NCBI GenBank assembly: GCA_051002015.1
Contig: JBPCMS010000012.1
Span: 1,169 to 65,168 of the forward strand
Reading direction: 5' to 3'
Source: Acidimicrobiia bacterium
GTDB lineage: Bacteria > Actinomycetota > Acidimicrobiia > Spongiisociales > UBA5794
Length of the DNA stretch: 64,000 nucleotides
A program made the position numbers and the translations under genes. This document shows positions 35,995-44,329 of the stretch, one piece after another. The notes beneath the pieces are model-generated. The model had not been told where the DNA came from. It did not search any database and saw only the letters and a list, made by a program, of their open reading frames with translations. Numbering within the stretch: position 1 is the first letter of the stretch; each line of letters opens with the position of its first letter.

Positions 35995-36699
35995 ATGGCC
36001 CGCCGAGTCGTCCTCAAGCTGTCCGGTGAGGCCTTCGCCGATCCCGCCCTCAACTACGGCATCGACCCGGTGATGGTCGACCGGGTCGCCAAGGAGATCG
36101 TGGCGGTCCATGCCGAGGGCAACCAGATCGCCGTCGTGGTCGGCGGCGGCAACATCTTTCGAGGGCTCAGCTCGGCGGCACAGGGCATGGACCGGGCCAA
36201 CGCCGACTACATGGGGATGCTGGCAACGGTGATCAACGCCCTGGCGCTGCGCGACGGGATCGAGCGGGCCGGGGCCGACTGCCGGGTGCAGACCGCCATC
36301 AGCATCCAGCAGGTCGCCGAGCCCTACATCAGGCTGCGGGCGATCCGCCACCTCGAGAAGGGAAGGATCGTGGTGCTGGCCGGGGGAACGGGGAACCCGT
36401 TCTTCACCACGGACACCACCGCCGCCCTGCGCGCCGCCGAGGTGGGCGCCGACGCCGTGCTCAAGGGGACCAGGGTCGATGGGGTCTATGACGCCGACCC
36501 ACGGACCAACCCGGGCGCCAACCTGCTGCACGCCGTCACCTACCTCGAGGTGATCGCCGAGAGACTCGAGGTGATGGACTCCACCGCCATTACGATGTGC
36601 ATGGACAACGACCTCCCCATTCGGGTGTTCAACATGACCGAACCCGGCAACATCGCCCGGGCCGTCCGTGGCGAACCGGTGGGGACGCTGGTCCACTGA
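35995..36699 (+). CDS. pyrH: UMP kinase
   Basis: [11 protein letters not shown]..., [22 protein letters not shown]. Confidence 0.93.
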   Translation: MARRVVLKLSGEAFADPALNYGIDPVMVDRVAKEIVAVHAEGNQIAVVVGGGNIFRGLSSAAQGMDRANADYMGMLATVINALALRDGIERAGADCRVQTAISIQQVAEPYIRLRAIRHLEKGRIVVLAGGTGNPFFTTDTTAALRAAEVGADAVLKGTRVDGVYDADPRTNPGANLLHAVTYLEVIAERLEVMDSTAITMCMDNDLPIRVFNMTEPGNIARAVRGEPVGTLVH

Positions 36700-36739
36700 C
36701 GGGCAAGCGGACCGCGTTGCGGGGCGAACGGAGGTGGCG

Positions 36740-37291
36740 GTGCTCGAGGACGTCCTCGACGAGGCGATGACGAAGATGGACCAGGCGGTGACCCATACCG
36801 GTGGCGAGTTCGGTACGGTGCGGACCGGCCGGGCCAACCCCGGTCTGCTCCACCGCATCCACGTCGACTACTACGGCACCGCCACCCCGCTCCAGCAGCT
36901 CGCCGGCTTCAGCGTGCCCGAGGCCCGGATGCTCATCGTCTCCCCGTACGACAAGACGTCGATCACCGCCATCGAGCGCGCCATCAGGGAGGCCGACCTC
37001 GGGCTCAACCCCTCCAACGACGGCAACGTGATCCGGCTCGCATTCCCCTCCCTCACCGAGGAGCGGCGCAAGGAGCTGATCCGCGTGGTGCGCCACATCG
37101 CCGAGGAGGGCCGGGTGGCGGTGCGCAACATCCGCCGCCACACCAAGGACGATCTCGAATCCCTTGAGGGCGACGTCTCCGACGACGACATCCATCGCGC
37201 CGAGAAGGAGCTCCAGGAGATGACCGACATCCATATCAGACGCCTCGACGAGCTGCTCCTCCGCAAGGAGGAGGAGCTGATGGAAGTGTGA
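36740..37291 (+). CDS. frr: Ribosome recycling factor
   Basis: ...MDQAVTHTGGEFGTVRTGRANPGLLHRIHVDYYGTATPL... is an RRF signature. GTG 36740 lies 6 nt after GGAGG (GTG 36734 is the alternative). Confidence 0.92.
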   Translation: MLEDVLDEAMTKMDQAVTHTGGEFGTVRTGRANPGLLHRIHVDYYGTATPLQQLAGFSVPEARMLIVSPYDKTSITAIERAIREADLGLNPSNDGNVIRLAFPSLTEERRKELIRVVRHIAEEGRVAVRNIRRHTKDDLESLEGDVSDDDIHRAEKELQEMTDIHIRRLDELLLRKEEELMEV

Positions 37292-39138
37292 GGGCGCGCG
37301 TGCCCGACGACCGTCCCCGCAACGATCCCGGTGATCCGGACGATCTCGAGCCGGTCTCCGGCGACCCGCTCGACACGCTGTTCGAGGTCGAGCACGTGGG
37401 CGAGGACCACGGCGACGCCGTCGACGAGACGGGGGGCGACCCGGAAGGCGTCGGCGACGTCGACGACCCCGGCGACGCCCAGTACACGGTCGACCCGCAG
37501 CTGGGCGAGTCGCCACCCCCCGAGCTGACCGGGGGCGACACCGACGACGGTGACCAGCCGTGGCCGTGGGGTGCGCCCTCCGATCCACCGACCCCGGCTC
37601 CGGTAGCCGCAGACGACGCCCCGGTCGTCAACGCCGACGATCCCACAGGCGACCCCCCCGAGCCGGACGCCCCCGTCATCGACGCTCCGCCTGACCATCT
37701 CGGGCTCGACGCCGTCGACGTGACCGGGGCCCCCGACCGGCCCACCGCCCATCCCGATCCCTACGGTGACCCGTTGACCGAGTCGGCTTGGGATCCGCCG
37801 GCAACCACGGACCCCATGTTCGGCGCAGACGAGATCGACCCCCCGTCGACGAGCGACATCGCCCCGGATCCTGTCGCTGACGTCGACGCCGACCTCGAGC
37901 CCTGGGATGACGGGTTCGAACCGTTTCCGGGGGCCGCCGGGGAGGACGACCACGACGATGAGCAGCCCTTCCATCCCGCTCTCCCCGCCGACGCCCTTCC
38001 CGGGGCGCCGGAGCCGGCGGCGGAACCGGGTGCGGACGGCTTCGACCCGTGGAGCGCCCCCACCGCCGCCCCCGATGATCTGGTGCCGGGGGACGGTGAC
38101 GAGCCGGAGTATGGGGATGAGCCGGCCGACTGGGCAACCTTCACCGACGAGCACTACATCCGCTCCTCGACCAGCGACTACAAGGGGCTGGCAGACGAGC
38201 TGGCGGCCCGTGCCGAGGCGGAGCCGGACGTGGCCCAGAGCGCCGTTGCCGCCGGCATCCCCGGCATCGACAGCGGGGTCGTCGGGCTCGAGGACGTCGG
38301 GGACGACCCGGCACCCGCCATCGTCTACGAGCGGGGGCCGAGCGCAACCGACCTCGGGCTCCGGGTCCTCACCGGGGTCGGACTGCTCGCCCTGTTCGCC
38401 GCCGCCCTGGTCTCCCGAACCGGGCTCACCATCGTCGCCACGGTGCTGTTCGGGCTGGCGGCCGGAGAGTTCTACGCGGTCCTGGTCCGGGTCGGTCAGC
38501 ACCCGCTGTCGCTGTTCGGGCTGCTCGGGGCGGTGGGCGGCCTCATCGGCACCGCCCTGTGGGGTCTTGGGGCCATCCCGGTCGCCCTCGTCGCCACCCT
38601 GGTCGCCGTCGCCCTGTACTACGCCCTCTCCGCCTCCCGCCCCGACCCCCTGACCGACGGCGGCCTCACCGTGATGGTGGTGGCGTGGGCGCTGCTCGGC
38701 GCCTTCGTCTATCCCATCATCGATGCGCCCGACTACCGTTGGTGGGTCTTGGCGGTGGTGGCGCTGGTGGTCGCCATGGACATCGGGCAGTACTTCGTGG
38801 GCAGAACCATGGGATCGCGCCCGCTGGCCCCGGTGGTTTCCCCGAAGAAGACGGTCGAGGGGCTCATCGGCGGGGCCGTCGTCGCCGTCGTGGTCGCCTT
38901 CGCCCTCAGCTTCCTCGGTCCGCTCACCCTGCCCAGCATGCTCGTCCTGGCGGCGGCGACGATCGTGCTCGGGCCGCTCGGAGATCTCAGCGTTTCCCTG
39001 CTCAAGCGGATCATCGGGGTCAAGGACATGGGGACGATCCTCCCCGGCCACGGGGGGATCCTCGACCGGGTCGACAGCCTGATCTTCGTCCTCCCGGCGG
39101 CGTGGGTGATCTTCGAGACGATGGGGCTGCTCACCTGA
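37288..39138 (+). CDS. cdsA: Phosphatidate cytidylyltransferase CdsA with a ~350-aa D/P-rich N-terminal extension
   Basis: The C-terminal ~260 aa form a polytopic CdsA core (KKTVEGLIGG..., GDLSVSLLKRIIGVKDMGTILPGHGGILDRVDS). GTG 37288 overlaps the frr stop (GTGA). Confidence 0.8.
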   Translation: MRARVPDDRPRNDPGDPDDLEPVSGDPLDTLFEVEHVGEDHGDAVDETGGDPEGVGDVDDPGDAQYTVDPQLGESPPPELTGGDTDDGDQPWPWGAPSDPPTPAPVAADDAPVVNADDPTGDPPEPDAPVIDAPPDHLGLDAVDVTGAPDRPTAHPDPYGDPLTESAWDPPATTDPMFGADEIDPPSTSDIAPDPVADVDADLEPWDDGFEPFPGAAGEDDHDDEQPFHPALPADALPGAPEPAAEPGADGFDPWSAPTAAPDDLVPGDGDEPEYGDEPADWATFTDEHYIRSSTSDYKGLADELAARAEAEPDVAQSAVAAGIPGIDSGVVGLEDVGDDPAPAIVYERGPSATDLGLRVLTGVGLLALFAAALVSRTGLTIVATVLFGLAAGEFYAVLVRVGQHPLSLFGLLGAVGGLIGTALWGLGAIPVALVATLVAVALYYALSASRPDPLTDGGLTVMVVAWALLGAFVYPIIDAPDYRWWVLAVVALVVAMDIGQYFVGRTMGSRPLAPVVSPKKTVEGLIGGAVVAVVVAFALSFLGPLTLPSMLVLAAATIVLGPLGDLSVSLLKRIIGVKDMGTILPGHGGILDRVDSLIFVLPAAWVIFETMGLLT

Positions 39139-39158
39139 CCGGCGCCACCGAGCCCGTT

Positions 39159-40274
39159 GTGGTGCTCGGCGCCACGGGCTCGATCGGCACCCAGGCGCTG
39201 GAGGTGGCCGACCGGCTCGGTCTCGACGTCGCCGGGATCGCCGCCCGTCGCATCTCGCCGCAATTGGTCGATCTGGCCGAGCGCTACCCGCAAGCCGCCG
39301 TCGTCGCCGTCGACCATCCGGCCGGGCACGATCTTCCCACCTGGTTCGGCGTCCGTCTCGCCACCGGGGTCGAAGCCCTCGACGCGATGGCGGCCACCCC
39401 GGGCGCCGTGGTGGTCAACGGGGTCGTCGGCTGCGCCGGGCTCCGTCCATCGCTCGCCGCCCTCGCCGCCGGCAACCGCCTCGCCCTCGCCAACAAGGAG
39501 AGCCTGGTGGCCGGCGGGGGGTTGGTGTTGGAGGCGGCGCGGGCCGGCGGGGGAGCGATTGTCCCCGTCGACTCCGAGCACTCCGCCATCGAGCAGTGCC
39601 TGCTCGGCGAGCCGGGGGGGATCGCCCGGCTGATCCTCACCGCCTCGGGCGGCCCGCTCCGGGGCCGCTCCGCCGCCGAGATGGAGGCGGTGACGGTGGA
39701 GGAGGCGCTGGCCCATCCCACCTGGGACATGGGGCCCAGGATCACGGTCGACTCGGCCACGATGATGAACAAGGCACTCGAGGTGGTGGAGGCGCACCAC
39801 CTGTTCGGGGTCGGCTACCACGCCATCGACGTCATCATCCATCCCCAGAGCGTTATCCACTCGATGGTGGAGTTCGTGGACGGCAGCGTCAAGGCCCAGA
39901 TGGGCGAGCCCGACATGCGGGTGCCCATCCAGTACGCCATCACCGGGGCCCGGCGGCGACCGGGGACGACACCACCGCTCGATCTCGGCGGTCGGGCGCT
40001 CAGCTTCGAGACCCCGGACCGGGAGGCCTTCCCCTGCCTGGAGCTGGGGTATGAGGCGGGGCGGCGCGGGGGGATCGCCCCCGCCGTGCTCAACGCCGCA
40101 GACGAGGTGGCCGTCGCCGCCTTCCTCGAGGGGAGGATCGGGTTCGCCCGGATCGCCCGGCTGGTCGGGTCCGTGCTGGAGCAAACCCCCGACCGGGTCC
40201 CGGGCTCGGTGGCCGATGTGCTCGACGCCGACGGCGAGGCCCGCCGGCTCGCCGCCGAGCTGCTGCCTACGTAA
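39159..40274 (+). CDS. dxr: 1-deoxy-D-xylulose 5-phosphate reductoisomerase
   Basis: (M)VLGATGSIGTQALEV..., LANKESLV, and DSEHSAIEQC. The start is inferred at GTG 39159; the track ORF starts at 38559, inside cdsA. Confidence 0.9.
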   Translation: MVLGATGSIGTQALEVADRLGLDVAGIAARRISPQLVDLAERYPQAAVVAVDHPAGHDLPTWFGVRLATGVEALDAMAATPGAVVVNGVVGCAGLRPSLAALAAGNRLALANKESLVAGGGLVLEAARAGGGAIVPVDSEHSAIEQCLLGEPGGIARLILTASGGPLRGRSAAEMEAVTVEEALAHPTWDMGPRITVDSATMMNKALEVVEAHHLFGVGYHAIDVIIHPQSVIHSMVEFVDGSVKAQMGEPDMRVPIQYAITGARRRPGTTPPLDLGGRALSFETPDREAFPCLELGYEAGRRGGIAPAVLNAADEVAVAAFLEGRIGFARIARLVGSVLEQTPDRVPGSVADVLDADGEARRLAAELLPT

Positions 40275-40319
40275 ACGCCCGACCGAGTACCGTTTCCCCG
40301 TCCCCGAGGAAAGCAGCCC

Positions 40320-41585
40320 ATGGGCCCTGCCGTCATGATCATCGGCGTGCTGCTGATGGTCGTCATCCACGAAGCCGGCCATTTCGTGGCGGCCAAGTTC
40401 TTCAACATCAAGGCGACCGAGGCCTTCTTCGGCTTCGGGCCGCGCCTGTGGTCGACGAAGCGGGGGGAGACCGAGTACGGAGTCAAGGCGATCCCGCTGG
40501 GCGGCTACGTCCGGATCACCGGGATGAACCCGTTCGAAGAGGTGGCCCCCGAGGACGAGGGCCGCACCTACCGGGAGAAGCCGTTCTGGCAGAAGTCGGT
40601 GGTGGTGCTGGCCGGCATCGCCAGCCATTTCGTCGTCGCCTTCCTGCTGTTCTACGGCCTCTCCATGACCGTCGGCCGGACAGACCCCACCACCACCATC
40701 GCCGCCGTCAGCGATGTCCACGTGATCGGCGATCTGGGCGATGACGCCGTCCCGCTGGCGCTGCGTCCCGACGACGTCGTGATCTCGGTCGACGGGGTGC
40801 CCATCGACAGCATCGACCCGGCCACCGCGCTCCCGGGCAGCACGGTCGCCGTCGTGGTCGAGCGCGACGGGACCGAGCAGACGCTCACCACCACCGACGC
40901 GGTGGTTCCCGCCCCGGCGCGGCTCGTCGGGCTGCGGACCGGCGACCGCCTGGTGGCGATCGACGGGGTCACCATCGAGGACTGGAACCATTTCGTCGCC
41001 CTCATCCACGACCGTCCAGGCGATGCGGTCACGATCGGGGTCGACAGGGGCGGCGAGACGCTCGAGATGGCCGCCACCCTGGCGGTGTCGACGGACACCG
41101 GCATCGAGACCGGGTTCCTCGGGGTCGGCCCCGAGCCGGAGACGGTGCGGTCGGGTCCGATCGAGGCGTTGGGGGTGGCCGGATCGGACCTGGTCATCGC
41201 CACCAGGGAGAGCGTGAAGGGGCTCGGCGGCCTGGTCACCAACTTCGGATCGATCCTCGGCGCCACCGTCGGGGACAACCCCGAGGTCCTCGACCAGGTG
41301 CGCCCCATCAGCCCGATCGGGCTGACCAGGGTGGCCAGCTCGGTGGAGATCGCCCTGTTGCTGCTCGCCTGGGTCAACGTGTTCGTCGGGGTGCTCAACG
41401 TGGTGCCGCTGTACCCGCTCGACGGCGGGCATTTCGCCGTGGCCCTCTACGAGAAGGTCAGGGGCCGTCCCGCCGACGTCCGCAAGCTGCTCCCGGTGGC
41501 GGCGGCGGTGTTCGCCTTCATCGTGCTGCTCGGCATCCTCGGCTTCTACTTCGACATCGTCAGCCCGATCGAGCTCCCCGGGTGA
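40320..41585 (+). CDS. rseP: Site-2 (RIP) zinc metalloprotease RseP/Rip1 family
   Basis: Contains HEAGHFVAAK (HExxH), a PDZ segment, and NVVPLYPLDGGH. Confidence 0.88.
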   Translation: MGPAVMIIGVLLMVVIHEAGHFVAAKFFNIKATEAFFGFGPRLWSTKRGETEYGVKAIPLGGYVRITGMNPFEEVAPEDEGRTYREKPFWQKSVVVLAGIASHFVVAFLLFYGLSMTVGRTDPTTTIAAVSDVHVIGDLGDDAVPLALRPDDVVISVDGVPIDSIDPATALPGSTVAVVVERDGTEQTLTTTDAVVPAPARLVGLRTGDRLVAIDGVTIEDWNHFVALIHDRPGDAVTIGVDRGGETLEMAATLAVSTDTGIETGFLGVGPEPETVRSGPIEALGVAGSDLVIATRESVKGLGGLVTNFGSILGATVGDNPEVLDQVRPISPIGLTRVASSVEIALLLLAWVNVFVGVLNVVPLYPLDGGHFAVALYEKVRGRPADVRKLLPVAAAVFAFIVLLGILGFYFDIVSPIELPG

Positions 41586-41622
41586 TCGGCGGCGCACGCC
41601 GGATCCGTACCATGGCTCGCTG

Positions 41623-42840
41623 ATGACCATCACCCGCCGGGAATCCCGGCAGCTCCATGTCGGCGACGTTCCCGTTGGTGGGGGCGCTCCGGTCTCGGTG
41701 CAGTCGATGACCATCACTAAGACCGCAGACGTCGACGGCACGCTCGCTCAGGTGTATGCCCTGAAGGGGGCGGGTGCCGACATCGTGCGGATCACCTGCA
41801 ACGACGTCGAGGCCGCCCAGGGTCTGGCCGAGATCGTCCCCAGGTCTCCGGTGCCGATCATCGCCGACATCCACTTCCAGTACCGGCTGGCGCTGGCCGC
41901 CCTGGAGGCGGGGGTGGCAGGGCTTCGGCTCAACCCGGGCAACATCCGCAAGCCGGACCACATCAAGGCGGTGGCGGTGGCGGCCAGGGAGGCCGGGGTG
42001 CCGATCAGGGTCGGGGTCAACGCCGGGTCGCTCGACAAGGACCTGCTCGCCAAGTACGGCGCTCCGGTCCCGCAGGCGCTGGTCGATTCCGCCCTACACG
42101 AGATCAGGCTGCTCGAGGAGGTGGACTTCCACGACATCAAGATCTCGGTCAAGCACAGCAACGTCCCTTCGATGGTCGCCGCCTACCGACTGCTCGCCGA
42201 GGCCGTTGACTACCCGCTCCATCTCGGGGTCACCGAGGCGGGGCCCCTGCCCGGTGGGCTGATCAAATCGGTGGCGGGCATCTCGACCCTGCTGCTCGAG
42301 GGGATCGGCGACACGATTCGCTTCTCGCTCACCGCCGACCCGGTGGAGGAGGCCAAGGCGGGGCGCCAGCTCCTCGAGTACCTGGGGTTGCGGGAGCGCA
42401 TGGGGCTCGACCTCATCGCCTGCCCCTCGTGTGGCCGGGCCGAGGTGGACGTGATCGCGGTCGCCGCCGCCGCCCAGGTAGCCCTCGAGGCGGAGAAGCT
42501 TCCCATCCAGGTGGCGGTGATGGGCTGCGTCGTCAACGGGCCCGGTGAGGCCCGCGAGGCCGATCTGGGCATCGCCGCCGGCAAGGGGAAGGGCCACCTG
42601 TTCATCAAGGGCCAGGTGGTGCGGGTGGTCCCCGAGGCCGAGATGGTCGACGCCCTGGTCGACGAGGCCCGCAAGCTGGCCGAGCAGGGGGTGGAGGCCC
42701 GTCTCGCCGCCGCCGACGCCTCGGCGGCCGCCACCGCCGAGGAGACCGCCCTCGAGCTGCGCTCGCTGCGCGGCGACGTCAATCACACCGCCGAGCGCCG
42801 TGCCGCCGTGGCCCATGTCGCCTCCGGCGACGAGGGTTAG
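41623..42840 (+). CDS. ispG: 4-hydroxy-3-methylbut-2-enyl diphosphate synthase IspG
   Basis: Contains RRESRQLHVGDVPVGGGAPVSVQSMT..., and cluster cysteines CPSCGR ... GCVVNGPGE. Confidence 0.93.
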   Translation: MTITRRESRQLHVGDVPVGGGAPVSVQSMTITKTADVDGTLAQVYALKGAGADIVRITCNDVEAAQGLAEIVPRSPVPIIADIHFQYRLALAALEAGVAGLRLNPGNIRKPDHIKAVAVAAREAGVPIRVGVNAGSLDKDLLAKYGAPVPQALVDSALHEIRLLEEVDFHDIKISVKHSNVPSMVAAYRLLAEAVDYPLHLGVTEAGPLPGGLIKSVAGISTLLLEGIGDTIRFSLTADPVEEAKAGRQLLEYLGLRERMGLDLIACPSCGRAEVDVIAVAAAAQVALEAEKLPIQVAVMGCVVNGPGEAREADLGIAAGKGKGHLFIKGQVVRVVPEAEMVDALVDEARKLAEQGVEARLAAADASAAATAEETALELRSLRGDVNHTAERRAAVAHVASGDEG

Positions 42841-42895
42841 GGGCGCCTCCGGCGACGAGGGTCAGGTCGTCTCGGGCACGAAGGGTGCTCTCGGC

Positions 42896-43510
42896 TCAGC
42901 CGGTGTCGAGGTCGAGCCCCACGGGGACCGTGGCGGGGGCGAGGATGCGGTCCACCAGACCGTACGCAACCGCCTGCTCGGCGGTCATCCACCGGTCACG
43001 CTCCGTGTCCCGACGGATCCGCTCGATGTCGTGGCCGGTGTGGCGGGCGAGCACTTCGCTGGCCACCTCGCGCTGGCGGAGGATCTCGGTGGCGTGTATC
43101 TCGATGTCGGTTGCCTGCCCCCCGATCCCAGTGACGTGGGGTTGGTGGATCAGCACCCGCCCGTGGGGGAGGATGGTGCGGCCCCCGGCGGCGCCGCCTG
43201 CCAGGATCACCGCCGCCGCCGAGGCGGCCATCCCGATGCAGGTGGTGTGCACCGGGGGACGTACGTGCTGCATGGCGTCGTAGACGGCGAACATGGCGTC
43301 GCCCGAGCCACCGGGCGAGTTGATGTAGAGGGCGATCGGCTTGTCCGAGTCCTCGGACTCGAGATGGAGCAGCTGGGCGATGATCAGGTTGCCGATCTCG
43401 TCGTCCACCGGCCTCCCCAGGAACACCACTCGGTGCCCGAGCAGCCGGGAGTAGATGTCGGAGGCTCGCTCGCCTCGGGTGGTCTGCTCGACCACGGTCG
43501 GGATCAGCAT
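42896..43510 (-). CDS. clpP: ATP-dependent Clp protease proteolytic subunit
   Basis: [24 protein letters not shown]..., catalytic [11 protein letters not shown], and HQP. ATG 43510 is preferred over the track start 43534. Confidence 0.9.
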   Translation of the reverse strand: MLIPTVVEQTTRGERASDIYSRLLGHRVVFLGRPVDDEIGNLIIAQLLHLESEDSDKPIALYINSPGGSGDAMFAVYDAMQHVRPPVHTTCIGMAASAAAVILAGGAAGGRTILPHGRVLIHQPHVTGIGGQATDIEIHATEILRQREVASEVLARHTGHDIERIRRDTERDRWMTAEQAVAYGLVDRILAPATVPVGLDLDTG

Positions 43511-43526
43511 GCGTCCCCTCCTCACC

Positions 43527-43550
43527 TTGTGCAACTGAACAGTTGCACAA
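43527..43550. promoter_or_regulatory. Perfect 11-2-11 inverted repeat, candidate ArsR/SmtB-type operator
   Basis: The repeat is ttgtgcaactg-aa-cagttgcacaa. It lies 17 bp from the clpP start and 33 bp from the SRPBCC-arsR operon start. The gcaactg half-site recurs at 43562-43568, inside a weaker gcaac-N6-gttgc repeat (43562-43577). Confidence 0.5.
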
Positions 43551-43582
43551 TATCAGCATTCGCAACTGCTAGGTTGCAGGTC

Positions 43583-43942
43583 ATGCAACAGGACCAAGCC
43601 CCGCAGGTCGAGCGCAACATCGAGGTCGAAGCCGCACCCGGAGAGGTGTGGGAGCGGATCGTCGACGGGCGGCTTGCCGAGGAGTGGCTCGGGGTCGTTG
43701 TCGAGCCGCGCCGCGGCGGGACGGTCGCCGTACCGGGCGGCAACATGATCGGGGTGGTCGAGGATGTCGACCCCGGCCGGTCGATCACCTGGACCTGGCG
43801 CCAACCCGACGGTGATCCATCCCAGGTGGTCATCGACGTCGAGGCGCGGCCCGACGGCGGGTCCCGGGTGACCGTCACCGAGCGGCTGCTCGAATACGAG
43901 ATCACCACCTACGCCCCGATCGTCCTTTCCAGGGCGGCGTGA
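43583..43942 (+). CDS. SRPBCC (Aha1/START-like) domain protein
   Basis: ...ERNIEVEAAPGEVWERIVDG...ITWTWRQPDGDPSQVVIDVEARPDGGSRVTVTE... The gene pairs with a downstream ArsR regulator, which is a common arrangement. Confidence 0.7.
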   Translation: MQQDQAPQVERNIEVEAAPGEVWERIVDGRLAEEWLGVVVEPRRGGTVAVPGGNMIGVVEDVDPGRSITWTWRQPDGDPSQVVIDVEARPDGGSRVTVTERLLEYEITTYAPIVLSRAA

Positions 43943-44247
43943 CCGGCCCCGATCTGCTGTTCGCCGCCCTGGCCGACGCGACCAGGCGCAGCCTGTTCGA
44001 GCGTCTGGCCTTGGAGGGTCCCGCCTCCGCCACCGCCCTGGCCGCCCGGCTCCCGGTCTCCCGGCAGGCGGTGACCAGGCACCTCGGCGCCCTGGCCGAG
44101 GCTGGGCTGGTCACCCGGTCGACCGCGGGGCGCGAGGTCCGCTACACCGCGGTGAGCGGACCGCTGGCCGGGGTCACCGACTGGGTGGCCCGGGTCGACG
44201 CCGACTGGGAGGCGAGGCTGGAACGGCTCCGCAGGTCGCTGGGGTGA
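43939..44247 (+). CDS. ArsR/SmtB family transcriptional regulator
   Basis: LFAALADATRRSLFERLALEGPASATALAARLPVSRQAVTRHLGALAEAGLV forms a wHTH. GTGA overlap with the SRPBCC gene. Confidence 0.8.
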   Translation: MTGPDLLFAALADATRRSLFERLALEGPASATALAARLPVSRQAVTRHLGALAEAGLVTRSTAGREVRYTAVSGPLAGVTDWVARVDADWEARLERLRRSLG

Positions 44248-44329
44248 GCGGTCGGCTCGCCGGCGCCCGATCCCTCGGCGCCCGGCCCCGGTATCCTCCG
44301 CCACCCCATCCGTCCAGGAGCCTCCCCAG

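Noticed and set aside
43511-43534. The upstream track start for clpP (MHKVRRGR...).
   Set aside because: It would place the start codon inside the 11-2-11 palindrome and add a non-conserved basic extension. ATG 43510 gives the canonical [11 protein letters not shown]-terminus.
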